A DNA stretch of 64,000 nt, taken from the NCBI RefSeq assembly GCF_022539665.2, contig NC_081332.1, forward strand, positions 3,968,001 to 4,032,000. Reading direction: 5' to 3'. Below the pieces are notes generated by a model. That model searched no databases, was not told the origin of the DNA, and saw nothing but the letters and a program-made list of their open reading frames with translations. The translations under genes and the position numbers were made by a program. Each line of letters opens with the position of its first letter. Within the stretch, counting starts at the first letter, position 1. Of the stretch, positions 50,801-64,000 are shown piece by piece. This DNA comes from Daphnia carinata (taxonomy: Eukaryota).

Positions 50801-51493
50801 TCAATCAACGCTTTTAACAGTAAAAAGGTATTTCTTTTCTACGGAAAGGCTATCCGTTAGACTATCCACCATTACTTTCTTTTTATATTTCTAAGGGGCT
50901 TGGCTAATGAAACTATTTTTGGCATAAACGTTTCCTAAGTTATTCACAGCTCTTGCAAATGCCAAACACTCGTCGCATCTCTTTTGCCAACGTTTTGTTT
51001 TCCGAATGTGTTCGTCTGCTCCAGCCTTCAAAATAAAGAATTTCTGACATTGATTGTTGCTCAAATTTTCAATTGATTCCTAATGCTCTGTGACAAACGA
51101 TGTACATGTTTTCTAACGGACCCTAATGTCGGTTCGGGAAAATAGTAACGCGAAAGTTTTGGGCAAACAGTCTTCTTTTTCTAGTTACTATACAAAAAAA
51201 AAAAATAAAAAATATGGGAAAAACTACTGTAGTTCCAGCTGTTAAACCCAGGCTAGTAAGGGCAGTATTCAAGCTGTTGTGTCGTAAAATAGCCATTAAG
51301 TGCTATATTTAGACTTTGGAATTTACTTTCACCTACTGTACAGGCTATATCTGCACTCATTTTACGACCACTAGCTGCGCATTTGCTTATTGATTACAGC
51401 GGTAGTTAGCTATCATTTTGGGAACGGAATGCATTGAAACAATTAATTTCATTTCAGAAATATTTAAAGAAATTATATGTTACTTATTAGCAA

Positions 51494-54311
51494 TTACGTG
51501 AACTTTTTCTCGGTAAGATGCATTCGAATTCCATCGCGGGGTCGAAGGATCAATTCGGTTAAAATGGGAAGACCTTCCGGTTTGTCTAGGGCCTTGACGT
51601 GAAAACGACGCAAGACGGAAGCGAGGATAACCTTTTCTTCCATCATGGCAAACTTTTGTCCTGTTAAAAATCCGTAAATTAAAAGCTCTAAAAGAATTAA
51701 ACTAGGTCGTAGAGTCAAATCACCGATGCAGTTACGTGGCCCCGCACTGAAAGGGACGTAAGCGTATGGATGTCGTCCCCGTATATTCTCCGGGAAGAAA
51801 CGTTCCGGTTTAAAACGTTCAGGCTCTGGGAAGTGGGTAGGATCCCGATGTATGAGGAAAGGTGCGGCTAATACTGTAGCTCCACTTGGAAGATCGTATC
51901 CACCTGGGAAACAATTGAAACGTCAAGATTGCAGTAAAGAAAAGCATTTTGTTTTTTTAGCATCTAGTCATACAAATGTTGGTATCTTCCGTCAGCTGTC
52001 TGGCGAGGAGTGGAACACTTGGATAAAGACGAAGGGCTTCTTTGATGCAGCATTCGAGATATTTCAGCTCATTCAAATCAGCCATAGTAATTGGACGATC
52101 AGAGTTACCAAACACACGAACGAGTTCCTCACTCACTTGCTCCTGTACAATCAAATACATAATTCCATATGCTGCTGAAAAGAATTCAATTCGTATTATT
52201 AACTCACCTGCACTTCGGGGTAGTTGCCTAGAAGGAAAAGGGACCAGTTAATAGCAGCGGCCGTCGTATCATGACCCTGATTTGAGTAATGTGAAATAAT
52301 ACAATACAATCAAACAATTACATAGCCCAGAAATTTACTTCAAACATGAAGGTATCCACTTCTTCACGAATGTCGAGGTCGCTGAGAGCTTTACCGTCTT
52401 GCGAAGCTTCGATCAGGAGATCAAGAAAAGCTAAATTGCGTTTTTCTATGCAAGATAATTAGATTTAGAAATTGAAACTAAGGTACAACTTAATTATTCA
52501 TGTGACATAGTTTTTTACTTGAAATAAACTCGTCCTCTTTGACTCCTGTCTTTTCCTCTGTTTCTTTTTGAGCTTTCAGAAGCTTCTGCTCGATTTTCCT
52601 TTCGCGGATAACCTTAATGCGTCAAGAAGGCTGGTCTTTTTAAAGAGAATTTGATATCTAGGTTAAAATAAATTACCTGATCGGTGAATCCGTGTAGAAT
52701 GGACAGGCATTTTTGTTGCTCTGATGCGTAGGGGAAAAAATTAAACAGCCAATCAGGTTGAAGCCAAGGCCGGATCTGTCTTATTTGAATAATGTGGCTC
52801 ATGCTACCGATTGGGGTATAGAGAAAAAGCAGATTGAAGATTCTAGTTTAACATTTGTAAATTGTCCAAAAACAACTGCAATCTATGAAATATTCCCATT
52901 CTTTCTCCATTTCCTCAATCCTCTTCAGATAACTGGTTTCTGGTAAGCTATTAACATCCGGTCTACATGAGGTACAACATGTAGGCAAAAACGTTCTGTT
53001 GGTTAATCTTAATATCCATCATTGTTTTCAAACAATAAAAGAGCGTAAAAACTAGATTAACGTGACAGGTATCTACTTTTACGCAGGTTAACAATAACAT
53101 TCGATAAGAAAATTGTAAAGGTCAACCCACAAAATGTGGTTTCATCAAGTCTTACAAAGCATTCTACAATTTTCCCACGAGACTCGTTGATAAGTTAAGA
53201 GTTTGTAAATACCAAACTGGAGTCTTACCTGTAAACAGCCTGGACGTACTCGGAATCACTTTTACTTTGCGCGTTGACGTGACGTCCCATAGCCGTTTCT
53301 GTAACACAAACTTGTTATGACCAACTTCATTTGCTAATGACACGACAGCTTTACCGCAAATGACATCAAGTGTGCACCGAGTGATGAAAGGGAAAATGTC
53401 AAAATCCTGGCCAACTTTTGTGGTTAGCTTTTCAACGAGTACCTTACTCTGCTCGTTGAAGACGTGGACAAAATCTTCGAGAATTTTGAAATGAAAGGTC
53501 GGTGTCAACATTTTGCGACGCATGTGCCATTTGCTGCCTACGATGTGCATCCAGTTTTTATCACATGTAGATTAATCGTTTAAATTGTTGAATGACATAC
53601 CTGTACTTGTTAAAAGTCCTGTAGCCAGCCATGGTTGAATATAATCATACTCTCTGCTCTTGTCAATTAACTTGTTGCTACTGAGAACCACCTTCATAAA
53701 AGAGAGAATGATATCGAACATTAGGAAAGATCGTCAATGGGTTGACAACTTTGCGTAAAGTGGGGAAAGATATGAAAAAATTCAGAAGGCAAGGAACGAT
53801 GTTACTGTACCGTTCCCTACCTGGATTTTTTCAATTGCCAACACGTTAATTATACCTCTGCGCTTTCAGCGGCGCCAAGGAAAAACCACGGAAGAGGACC
53901 CATCCAAACTCGTAGTACTGATCGTTTATTCCACTTGTAATATAAATTCGTGAAGTGGGGCATAATTTCTGAAAAAAAGAAAGAAAGAATAATTAGTACA
54001 CGTTATAGTTTAATTGTTTCCAATAAGTTTTTACGATCGGCATCGACAAACAGTTCGGTGAAGCTTCCAACAAGCGGAATCTGAACTGGCGGTCCAGGAA
54101 CTTTGTTGCATTCTTGCACAAACTGGAGAACAATAAGATGCCATAATCATATAAGCTTTGTAATTAATTGGCTATATTCATTTTATACCTTGTAACGTCG
54201 GAGTAGAGCTGATCCAACGGTGAAAAAAACAAGGCAAGCAAGGCTAAAAGTAACAGTTAATCTACTTGGAATTAAATCGTACAAATGTTCAGGAATTATC
54301 TCAACGGCCAT
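51494..54311 (-). CDS. Cytochrome P450, CYP4 clan, paralogue 2
   Basis: [15 protein letters not shown]...; [62 protein letters not shown]. Confidence 0.95.
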
Positions 54312-56977
54312 GATGAACTGGTGACTATCATACGCTGACATAAACTGATACGCATGCGGTTGATCAACGTCTACTAAACCGCCAATACATGGATAGCATT
54401 AAATTTTCACGTATCTTTAAGAAGGAATACCATCGAGTGACTTTGAACTATTCAGGACGCTCTTTTGATGACGAACGCTATCAACTGTGGGTTTGTTTTT
54501 TTCGATCTTTAAACTTACACGACTTGTTTGTTTGTTTTTTTTTTCACTGCGCCCTGCTGTAAGTACGATCAAGCTCTGGATAACATCTAACAAACATTGC
54601 AAGTGGATTTTTATCTGAGCTGTTTAATATCGCACATTTGCTAAATAAACTTTATCTCGCCACAGAATTCAAACCCAAGATGTTGTTCTTTGCTCCGAAG
54701 GTCTTGTCTTGTATCAAATCTATTGTAAACAATTCTCTTTGAACCGTGAATTATTATTCATATTTTTAAAAAATTTTGCTGTTAAATCCCAATCTCTTTC
54801 TAGTGTTCAACTGATCTTTTGCCAAATTTCAATGTACGTTATCTTTCCACACACATAAATTCGAGGAAATCAACAGACTATTTAATAATCTACGCACATC
54901 AAGTAGCTTAATCAGGCATGCCCAATGTGACCATCATAACACTACCACCCCGTTTTCAAATGATACAGATCGCTCGATTACGCGGAACGAGAAAGTGAAA
55001 CTCTCTTCAGCATAAATTTTGATTTATTGGTTAGTATATATTTTTTTTCCGCTAAATTTAGCCTCAACCATGAAACGCCCGCCGTTTTGTCTGACGACGC
55101 GGATACACTTTCACTAAAAAAAAAAAAAAAAAAAAAAAATGTCGCTGCTTAACGTAAGTTATACGATTTTTTGGCTTTCTTTTTCTCGCAAACTCCTAAC
55201 CAGGACTTCCTAGAAAACAATTTAGTTTGCGGCCTATTTTGCTAGTTTTGGTGGGGAAAAAAAAATGTGCCGCTTCCGAAACAAAACTATGTTAGACTGC
55301 ATTGTGGTAAGCTACATAGTTGGAACGAAAGCAATACGCCATTCTTATGGAGTGGAAAAATCTAATCAGTCTCACACGCAGGTTTGCATGTCAATGACCT
55401 GTCAAAAACTTGCCGGCTTGGAGACCAACCGAGGTCGAATTCTGTACCAATAAATGAGAATTTTTACGAGTAGCAAACACATTGAGCAAAACGAATTTGT
55501 CTTTAACATTTTACTGAATAATTAATAACTACTAAGCGAAGTGACCGCACTTCAAAGGCAGAGGTATCGTATTTTATCGTCATGATTCGTTGCCAGTTGC
55601 TTTTATCACATCAAATTTAAGTGCAATGTGCAATTTAACTCTCGGTAGAGGATGCAGTATTGCCACAACGATGTTAGCTATTTTTGTTCCAGGTTGTTTT
55701 ACGGTGTCTAGTCTGGTCACTTATTTTCCTGTTCACGATAACAACTACATCATATCACGTTACAGCGGTAAACTTATACCCTAACCGTTATCTTCTATTA
55801 ACGACTGCCAAAGGGAAGGTCGGACTGCGCAAGACCTTTGAATTTCGCAATGGAAGTTTCTTCTTATCACCAAAACAACAAACCTTTCGAAAAACAACAA
55901 AAAAAAAACGCCTTAACATAAAGAGTCACTTTGCGTTTCGGCGTACGTAACAATCCGTGGCTGTTACTAGAATAAACCAAACATGCATTTCGGAAATAAA
56001 AACGAGGCAATGCGTCTTTTTTAGTAGCAAATTATCCAAAATATGAACAGCGCGATAGATTGAAAATCGGCCTTAATGTACTCCATAGTACTGCAAAACA
56101 ACGCAAAGGTTTAGCAAAGACGCTTGCGCTGTACAGTTAATATCGGATTAAGTATAATTGACTAAAAGACTAATCTGGCTGTCAAACAAACAAAACAATA
56201 ACAAATCGCTAAAGCTTTCAAGAAGTGGAACAGGAGCAGATGGTGCGGCCATTTTTATTCCATCCTTCCATAAACCGAACGCAAGTCGTCAAATTTCGTA
56301 GTTTATCGTCGCCCATACGAGTGGTCTGGCTTATAAACCAATCACGCATTTGTTAAATTAGCATGCAGTGTTGAAATAAAATCGTCCCAAAAAAATCAAC
56401 AAAATTATTCATGTCACGCAGTACGACAAGCGCATTCGAAATCGGTTTAAAGAATTATCTGGGCGAGTCTGCGTGTCGAAAGATATGTTGCAACAGAAAA
56501 CTAAATAAACTTCTTTGACTGACACGATATTTTCGACAACCTTTCCTCTTATCAGATTTGTTTACTGCGATCAAAGCGCCTGACTAGTTTTGTCCTCTGA
56601 CACGTGCAGTAGTCGCAGCGGTCGTTCTATTTCTATTTGGCTGACAAAACAAGATTGGAGCCCTCTATCTCTCAATTCGCGTGGAGAAAACGTAGATTTA
56701 TAAATCCGCGAATAAAATGCCCTAATTATGGTTTTTTGCAAATTTCTTAACCAAAAATTTCTCCTTACCTGTGGGAAAATTCAGCGAATTTCGACGGTTT
56801 AAGGTCCACTGCCGAGAGACGGCGGTACGTGGTTCCCCTGTGCACCTGAAAACAAAATTATTAGATGTGTTCCCATCGCTACAAGATCACGCAATCTAAA
56901 TAAATTTTTGAATTCAAATTTATTACCCAATTTCGAGTGGTTTATGAATATACGGGGAAAAACTGTCATTTAGTACG

Positions 56978-59660
56978 TCAACAACGTCTGGTCAGTCGTA
57001 CTCGAATCGCGTCAAGCGGTCGTAGGATCAGTTCAGTCACGACAGGTAAGTCAGTTGGTTTGTCCAAGGCTTTAACATGAAAGCGACGAAACACAGACGC
57101 GAGAATAACTTTCTCTTCCATCATAGCAAATTTTTGCCCTATTAAAATTCAAGAATCCGCTTACGACAGAATTCTATGAAATGCTGATAGCAATAAATTA
57201 CCGATGCAGTTGCGTGGTCCCGCGCTGAACGGAACGTATGCATAAGGATGCCGACCACGAGCGTTTTCGGGGAAGAAGCGATCAGGTTGGAAACGTTCGG
57301 GATCCGGGAAATAGGTAGGATCTCGATGTATGACGTAAGACATGGCTACGAGCGAAGCCCCGGCTGGGATATCGTAACCACCTGGAAAAAGAATGGCAAA
57401 TAAATGCAATTCTTGTGCGGACAGACGTCTGCGTGATTGACGTACAAATGGTGGTGTCTTCTTTGACGAGCCGGCTAAAAAATGGCACGCTCGGATATAA
57501 CCGAAGGGCTTCTTTGATGCAGCATTCGAGATATTTCAGTTCACTTAAATCGGCCATTGTTACTGGACGATCAGAATTGCCAAACACCCGATCGAGTTCC
57601 TCATTCACTTTCTCCTGGAACACCCAAAACAAGCAGAATTGTCGGTACCAAATAAGGAGGAAATCAAACTGTTAACTCACCTGAACTTCAGGATGATTAC
57701 CTATGAGAAATAGAGACCAGTTGATGGCGGCAGCAGTTGTGTCATGACCCTAATGCCAAAACAAACAAATAACGATAGATTCGAATAAATTAATTGCGTA
57801 AGATTTAACGTACTTCAAACATAAAGGTATCGACTTCTTCGCGGATATCTAGGTCGGTGAGAACTTTGCCATTTTGAGAGGCTTCAATTAAAAGATCGAG
57901 CAATGCTAAACGGGTTTTCTCTAGGGCAAACCAAGAACATAACATCGAGTCACGTTATTTGAAGATGAGGTAAACTTTTGCATAAACTATGTAATCATAC
58001 TTGGCATACATTCTTCTCCATCTGGTGACTCCACCTTCTGTTGTTGCTGGGCAGTACGTTGTTTGTGTTTAATTTTTCGCTCACGAATCACCTGGAAGAG
58101 GCCAGTAAACAAGCCAAAAAAATACGTTAATGGTACGATGTGCAATACGTGAGTTTCGCGAAGCACTCACTGAGCTTTCAAGAATTATAGATAATAGTCT
58201 TTAAATCAACATCAAGGTGGGTGGATATGACTCAAGAGGCTTTCCAAATAGTATTTTTTTTTTTTTTTTTTTTTTTTGCAATTTTAGCCACTAAGCTTTT
58301 AGTTTGCCATTGTGTCGGGGTACGAAAGCAGAAATTATGAGAAAGAAAAAAAAAAGTTGTTCCTTTTTAACCACTGGAAAGTTTGGTTTTCCCTTTGGCT
58401 TTCGTAAAGAGCTGTACCTGATCAGTGAAACCATGAAGAATTGACAAGCATCTCTTCTGTTCGAATCCGTATGGAAATAGCCGAAAGAGCCAATCTGGTT
58501 GGAGCCAAGGTTGCGTTTGTCTCGACTGGATGATGTGGCTCATGCTAGTATGTCAACACAGATTATCATGATGGCTAGAAATAGCAAACAAATCATGCCA
58601 TACTTATAAAGAGCTTTGACGTAATCAGAATCACTCTGATTTTGTGCATTCACATGGAGACCCATGGCCGTTTCTTAATGCCCGTGCAAAAATTGCATGA
58701 AAAATACCCAATAAAAAAACTGGACAATTTCATTGAAAGTAAATTGTTACCGCAAATCACATCCAGTGTGCACAACGTGATGAACGGGAATACGTCGAAA
58801 TCCTGATTGACTTTCTTGTGCAGCCTTTCGACGAGTATGGCACTCTGTTCGTTAAAAACGTGGACAAAGTCCTCGAGAATCTTGAAGTGAAATGTCGGTG
58901 TCAGCAATTTACGCCGTTGGTGCCACTTGCTGCCTGTCGTTTAACGGAAATAGGAATGACGTCACACACAGGCGTATGCAAGAATTAGATTTTTTAGGGG
59001 AAGAGTTTAAAGGACAAAAGGTCATTTCATTATTATTCTTTTTTTTAGAAAGAAGCTACAGCAAACAGAGACGTACCAGTGCTTGTCAATAAGCCTGTAG
59101 CTAGCCATGGGCGGATATAATCATACTCGGGGCCTTTATCGATAAGCTTAGTACTGCTAAGCACCGTCTTCACGAAACAATAGATTTTTTTAGATAAGAA
59201 GGATGAATTCGGTAATGCTACTTACCTCCGCACTCTCCGCCGATCCGAGTGCAAACCAGGGTTGAGGCCCTATCCAGATTCGAATGAGTGATTTCTTGTT
59301 ATATTTTTTGTATAATTCCATGATATGCGGCAAGATTTCTGAATATAACAAGAATACATAAAAAATTAATTTATAATTTGGAAAATTAAACGTTGAGTAC
59401 TTTCAGGTGGAAGAAAAAATTCAGTGGCGCTCCCGAAAAGCGGAATCTGGGCAGGCGGTCCGGGTACTTTTTCGCATCGTTGGTAATACTACATGTCAAT
59501 TTTTAAAAAAATTAAAAAATTAAATAGTGTAACATAAATTTTTTAGTTTAACCTTGTAACGGCGAAGCAACGCACTTCCAACAGCGACTAGAACTACGCA
59601 AGCGACTGAAAAAACAAGCATTAATTCGTTAGGAATCAAATTATTTAGATCAATGACCAT
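56978..59660 (-). CDS. Cytochrome P450, CYP4 clan, paralogue 3
   Basis: [12 protein letters not shown]...; [46 protein letters not shown]; ends RLTRRC*. Confidence 0.95.
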
Positions 59661-60433
59661 GGTGATAGGATAACGAGCAAAGCAATAACTGAGCTCTAAG
59701 GCTGTGATCTAAGATTATTTATAAAATAAAAAACCTTAACACGTGCCGTCCGGATAGCAACCGAAGAAAACAAAATTCTTATCTTAGGGAGTGTAAGATT
59801 ATAGTCTATGCAAAAAACGACGATTCAACGATTGGAAAACATTTAAAATATCATTTTTTTTCGTCACTTCCGTAGAGAAAAAATCAACAGAACTTGCAGT
59901 CGACAACTATGACCCTTCAGTGTAAACCTTCTTATCAATGGTTGAATGATAACCATGGCAACGTCTGTTTCCTGAACTTCTGAATTCACGCTGGATTATT
60001 TTTAAGCCTTACCTACAAACGTGTCATCGTGGGTGGCCTATAATTCAGTGGATTCAAAAACGTAGAAGCCGTTGCTATTTGAAAGTTACCAGTTGAGGTA
60101 CTCGGTTACTCCAACCAGCTTGACAATGAGCGACAAGCTGGCCTTAAATTTGCCTTCGAGAAGTTGCCCGATGATTGAGATATACAACGTTCAGGAAAGA
60201 CAACAGCTGTCGAAAAACATGATGAATAATCGACTGACGTTGTAAACATCAGGTGAAAGTCTATTTTCCGCAAACATTGGCAAAAATCTGATTGTGCATA
60301 AATTGTATGCTTTGCATTTTTGGCACGTGAACGTGATTGAACGCCGGAAGCTACATCTTCACTCGAGACAGAGCGATTCAAAAGCAAATTATTTTAAATA
60401 TTAGAGCATAGACTTTTGAGCAAAGAACGTACC

Positions 60434-63055
60434 TCAATTAGGCCGTGTTTTAGGACTTAACTGTAGTCGAATTCCATCGCGTGGCCTCAGGATCAACTCC
60501 GACAGCAGGTATATATCTTCCGGCTTGTCCAACGCTTTTACATGAAAGCGACGTAAAACTGATGCAAGAATAATCTTCTCTTCCATCATGGCAAACTTTT
60601 GTCCTGTAAAAATCCATAAGGCTTCAATGATATGAAACTTTCTTTAAACAGCCAAAAGCAAAATACCAATGCAATTACGTGGTCCAGCGCTGAAGGGAAT
60701 ATAAGCATATGGATGTCGACCCTGGACATTTTCTGAGAAGAAACGCTCAGGTTTGAAACTCTCTGGATCCGGGAAGTACCTGGGATCTCGGTGGAATAGA
60801 AACGGACTGACTGTGATGGTAGCTCCTCCAGGTAGATTGTATCCACCTGGAAAATATACGTAGTGTAAATGCTGCTCGATGTGATGATCGTTCAGTGTAA
60901 TGATTTATTACAGATATCGGTATCTTCCGTTAGTTCCCTGGCGATTACTGGGACGCTCGGATAGAGTCGCAGTGCTTCTTTGATGCAGCATTCCAAGTAT
61001 TTCACTTCATTTAGATCAGCAATAGTGAATGGACGATCGGAATCTCCAAATACCCGATTTAACTCTTCATTTACTTTTTCCTAGATCGTCACATATAGAA
61101 CTGTTTGAACAACCCAGCAAATCTTGCCCGATTTTTTCTTTATTTTTTACCTGCACTTCGGGGTAGTTGCCAATAAGGAAAAGAGAGAAATTTATGGCCG
61201 CTGCTGTCGTGTCGTGACCCTTTATAACGTAAAAATTAAAGATACTGTTACTCTGGATGAACAAAAGCTGTGAATGATTAACTAACTTCAAACATGAAGG
61301 TGTCAACTTCTTCACGAATGTCAAGGTCGCTGAGAACTTTTCCGTCTTGAGAAGCTTCGATCAACAGATCCAGGAAAGCTAGACGAGGTTTCTCTGCGTA
61401 AAATCAATTAAATGGTGGTAACAACAGTAGTTCCAGTTGTGTGAATATAGAAAGCAATAAATTATATAAAGGTCGTACCGGAATTAAACTCATCTTTCAT
61501 ATTCTGTGAGTCTGATTTTTGGTGTTGCTGAGCCATGCGTTGCTCGTATTCGATTTTTCGCTCACGAACTACCTAGAAAATTTAACCGGTTTAATGGGTG
61601 ATTGCCAGTCTTCATTGCAGGTAATTCTATTACCTGATCAGTGAAACCATGAAGAATTGAGAGACATCGTTTTTGTTCTGCTCCAATAGGAAGAAGTCGA
61701 AATAACCATTCGATTTGTAATAATGGCTGCATCTGTCTTCGGTGGGTTATGCCGGTCATTCTGCAATTAGCATAAAAAGAGAATTAAATTTGTCAATACG
61801 CTGTGTTCGTTTGGCTGTTATCCTAGCTCTTATTGTTTTTATTTTCTACACGTGACTGTTGTTTTTTTTTCCCTAAACCCAACTCTAACCTTATCTCTAT
61901 GAGATGAATGATTAGATAGCATAACTGTCGTCAGCTGGGCCCTAAAAGGACATTATGGTTACTTGCACTTGAAATTCTTAGACGAAATAAATCATCAGAG
62001 TAAAAAAACAATATAAGAACAAATAAGGGTTACTTGTAAACAGCTTGGACGTAATCCGAATCACTTTCGCTTTGGGCGTTCAGCTGACGTCCCATTGCAG
62101 TTTCTAGAAATTTTTGAAACGCCATATGCCAGTCAGACTTATCTGTTTCGGGGGTGTCTATAATTACCGCAAATGATATCGAGCGTGCATCGTGTGATGA
62201 ATGGGAAAATATCAAATTGTTGGTTAACTGTCACGTCGAGCTTCTCGATGAGTACGGCACTCTGTTCATTGAACACGCGGATGAATTCCTCCAGGATTTT
62301 AAAGTGGAAAGTTGGTGTTAGCATTTTGCGTCGCTGGTGCCATTTGCTGCCTGCAAATATGCCGGTACATTTAAAGAAATATATTAGAGAGAAAAAATAA
62401 TTATGATTAACATATGCTGTACCTGTGCTCGTCAAAAGTCCAGTGCCTAACCAAGGCTGAATGAAATTATATTCTCGGCTTTTATCGATGATTTTGGTAC
62501 TGCTTAGCACCACCTTGACGGAATTTAAAGTGGGATGTTAAGAAACAAAAAATTTTTGAACAACAGATACAGAGATGTAGATGTAACGAAATACCTCTGC
62601 GCCTTCAGCGCCACCGACAGAGAACATGGCCAATGGTCCTACCCAAAGCCGTGAGACCGGGTACTTGTTCCATGTTTCGTAGAGCTTCAGAAAGTATGGC
62701 AAAATTTCTTGAACAAATAAAGATGGAAATAAAAGAAAAAACACATGTGCAGCAAGCAAGGATTTTCCAACATGAAACGCGAATTACCTTCAGGTTTAAT
62801 TAGAAACTCAGTGAAGCTCCCAACAAAGGGAATCTGCGCCGGTGGTCCAGGAATTTTATTGCATCGTTGAAAATACTAGCAAAAGTAGATGTTTTTAATA
62901 TCTTTTCAATTTACTTCTCAAAATTCTCTTACCTTGTAATGCCGATACAACGCTGCTACGATAATGGACGCAATGACAAACACAATGGATGAAAAAACTG
63001 TAAAAGAATTTGGAAACGAAGAATAAAATTCAGAGAGGATAATGTTTACGGCCAT
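60434..63055 (-). CDS. Cytochrome P450, CYP4 clan, paralogue 4
   Basis: [11 protein letters not shown]...; [50 protein letters not shown]; ends LSPKTRPN*. Confidence 0.95.
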
Positions 63056-64000
63056 TATGATAAACGATGTTGCTAGAAGCAGAGCTACCTAGCTGATATC
63101 CGTTCAGTACAGTAAATTTTGCAGCAATTCCAACCAGGAGATTGTAAGTGCTACTGTACTGACAACTTTATCAGCATCCTTTTCGTTGTCTAGCATTTGG
63201 CTAAGTTTCGTTGATTGTAATGTTTTGTTTTTTATGGAGATAACCATTTTTCGTACCTAAAATGATCGTACAGCGTGCAGTCAAGTCAAAATGAGCTCTG
63301 CAATAGAAACTCAATCGAGGTCCAATGAATGTCAGTCAAAACATTTAGTTCGATGACTGTTTCGCTTTTAATTGATTGCACGCCATTTTGTAATAGCATG
63401 CTCTCTTTGCTCATGGTACCCGATACTGCCAGGAATTGGCAACTAATTTTCGATATTTTAGCCGACAGCTATTGAGTTTATCGCCCCTTGACTGTTTGCC
63501 TGCGTGTATCATCATTTGTATCTGCAAATCCATAACGAACTTGTCCGTTTAGTAAAGGTAATTAGCAATTTAGTTACACCTATGTTTTACCCCTTTATGA
63601 AGTGCTTCGTCCGGGAAAGAAGCATAGTGAGAAAGCCACACATACCATCTAGCGGGAAAATGGTGCAGCGGAGAAGTCTAAATATCTTCGCTAGCTGGCT
63701 GCAACGAAAAAGATGTCGTTGCATGACGTCCAAAACTGCCTTTCGCAATTCTTTCCGCAAAAACAGCGTCTTCATCTGTCCTGAAATTCTTATCCCTAGT
63801 TTAACAATGCATCATCATACATATTCAACATGAATGAAGATAAAAACAAAGTACTATTGATAAGCGATCTGAGTAGGAGTCCATTTGCTTCATGATTACT
63901 TTAATATTGCCTCATGTGTAGAACTGGTGTGCTGATTGTTGAAATACCAGCCAAGTGGAAAGGTCTGTCCTAAAAAATTTCAACAATGTTTTCTAGAAGT

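Noticed and set aside
47900..51400. ORFs and small hairpins (e.g. ~49803-49863) between CYP4 paralogues 1 and 2
   Set aside because: No P450 or transposase motifs, and short hairpins like these are expected by chance.
1..64000. CRISPR arrays, rRNA, prokaryotic operons, autonomous transposase or reverse transcriptase
   Set aside because: None seen; this is intron-rich eukaryotic DNA with no regularly spaced repeats and no DDE or RT ORF.

Overview
Gene-dense eukaryotic DNA with mostly short (about 55-90 bp) GT-AG introns. Gene content and intron style suggest a branchiopod crustacean such as Daphnia (inference). In order, the window holds: the 5' part of a secreted protein; a ZP-N-only secreted protein; NSE2/MMS21 divergent from VPS72/YL-1; an astakine/prokineticin-like peptide; a RUSC/iporin-like RUN-domain gene with several alternative first exons; an XK-related scramblase divergent from glycyl-tRNA synthetase; myosin ID; Sec31, with an apparent 1-nt frameshift; and a tandem array of four CYP4 genes. 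The standout feature is a ~6.4-kb palindrome (29750-36113) between the convergent 3' ends of Myo1D and Sec31. Its ~2.85-kb arms are near-identical in the middle and decay at both ends. Each arm carries a TTAA|AGGGG Kolobok-like terminus, subterminal repeats, a 5-exon orphan coiled-coil gene pointing inward, and a dense GC-rich stem-loop cluster. Degenerate tRNA-derived A/B-box units lie in the spacer and at the outer ends. All exon structures were assembled by eye, and no database searches were run.
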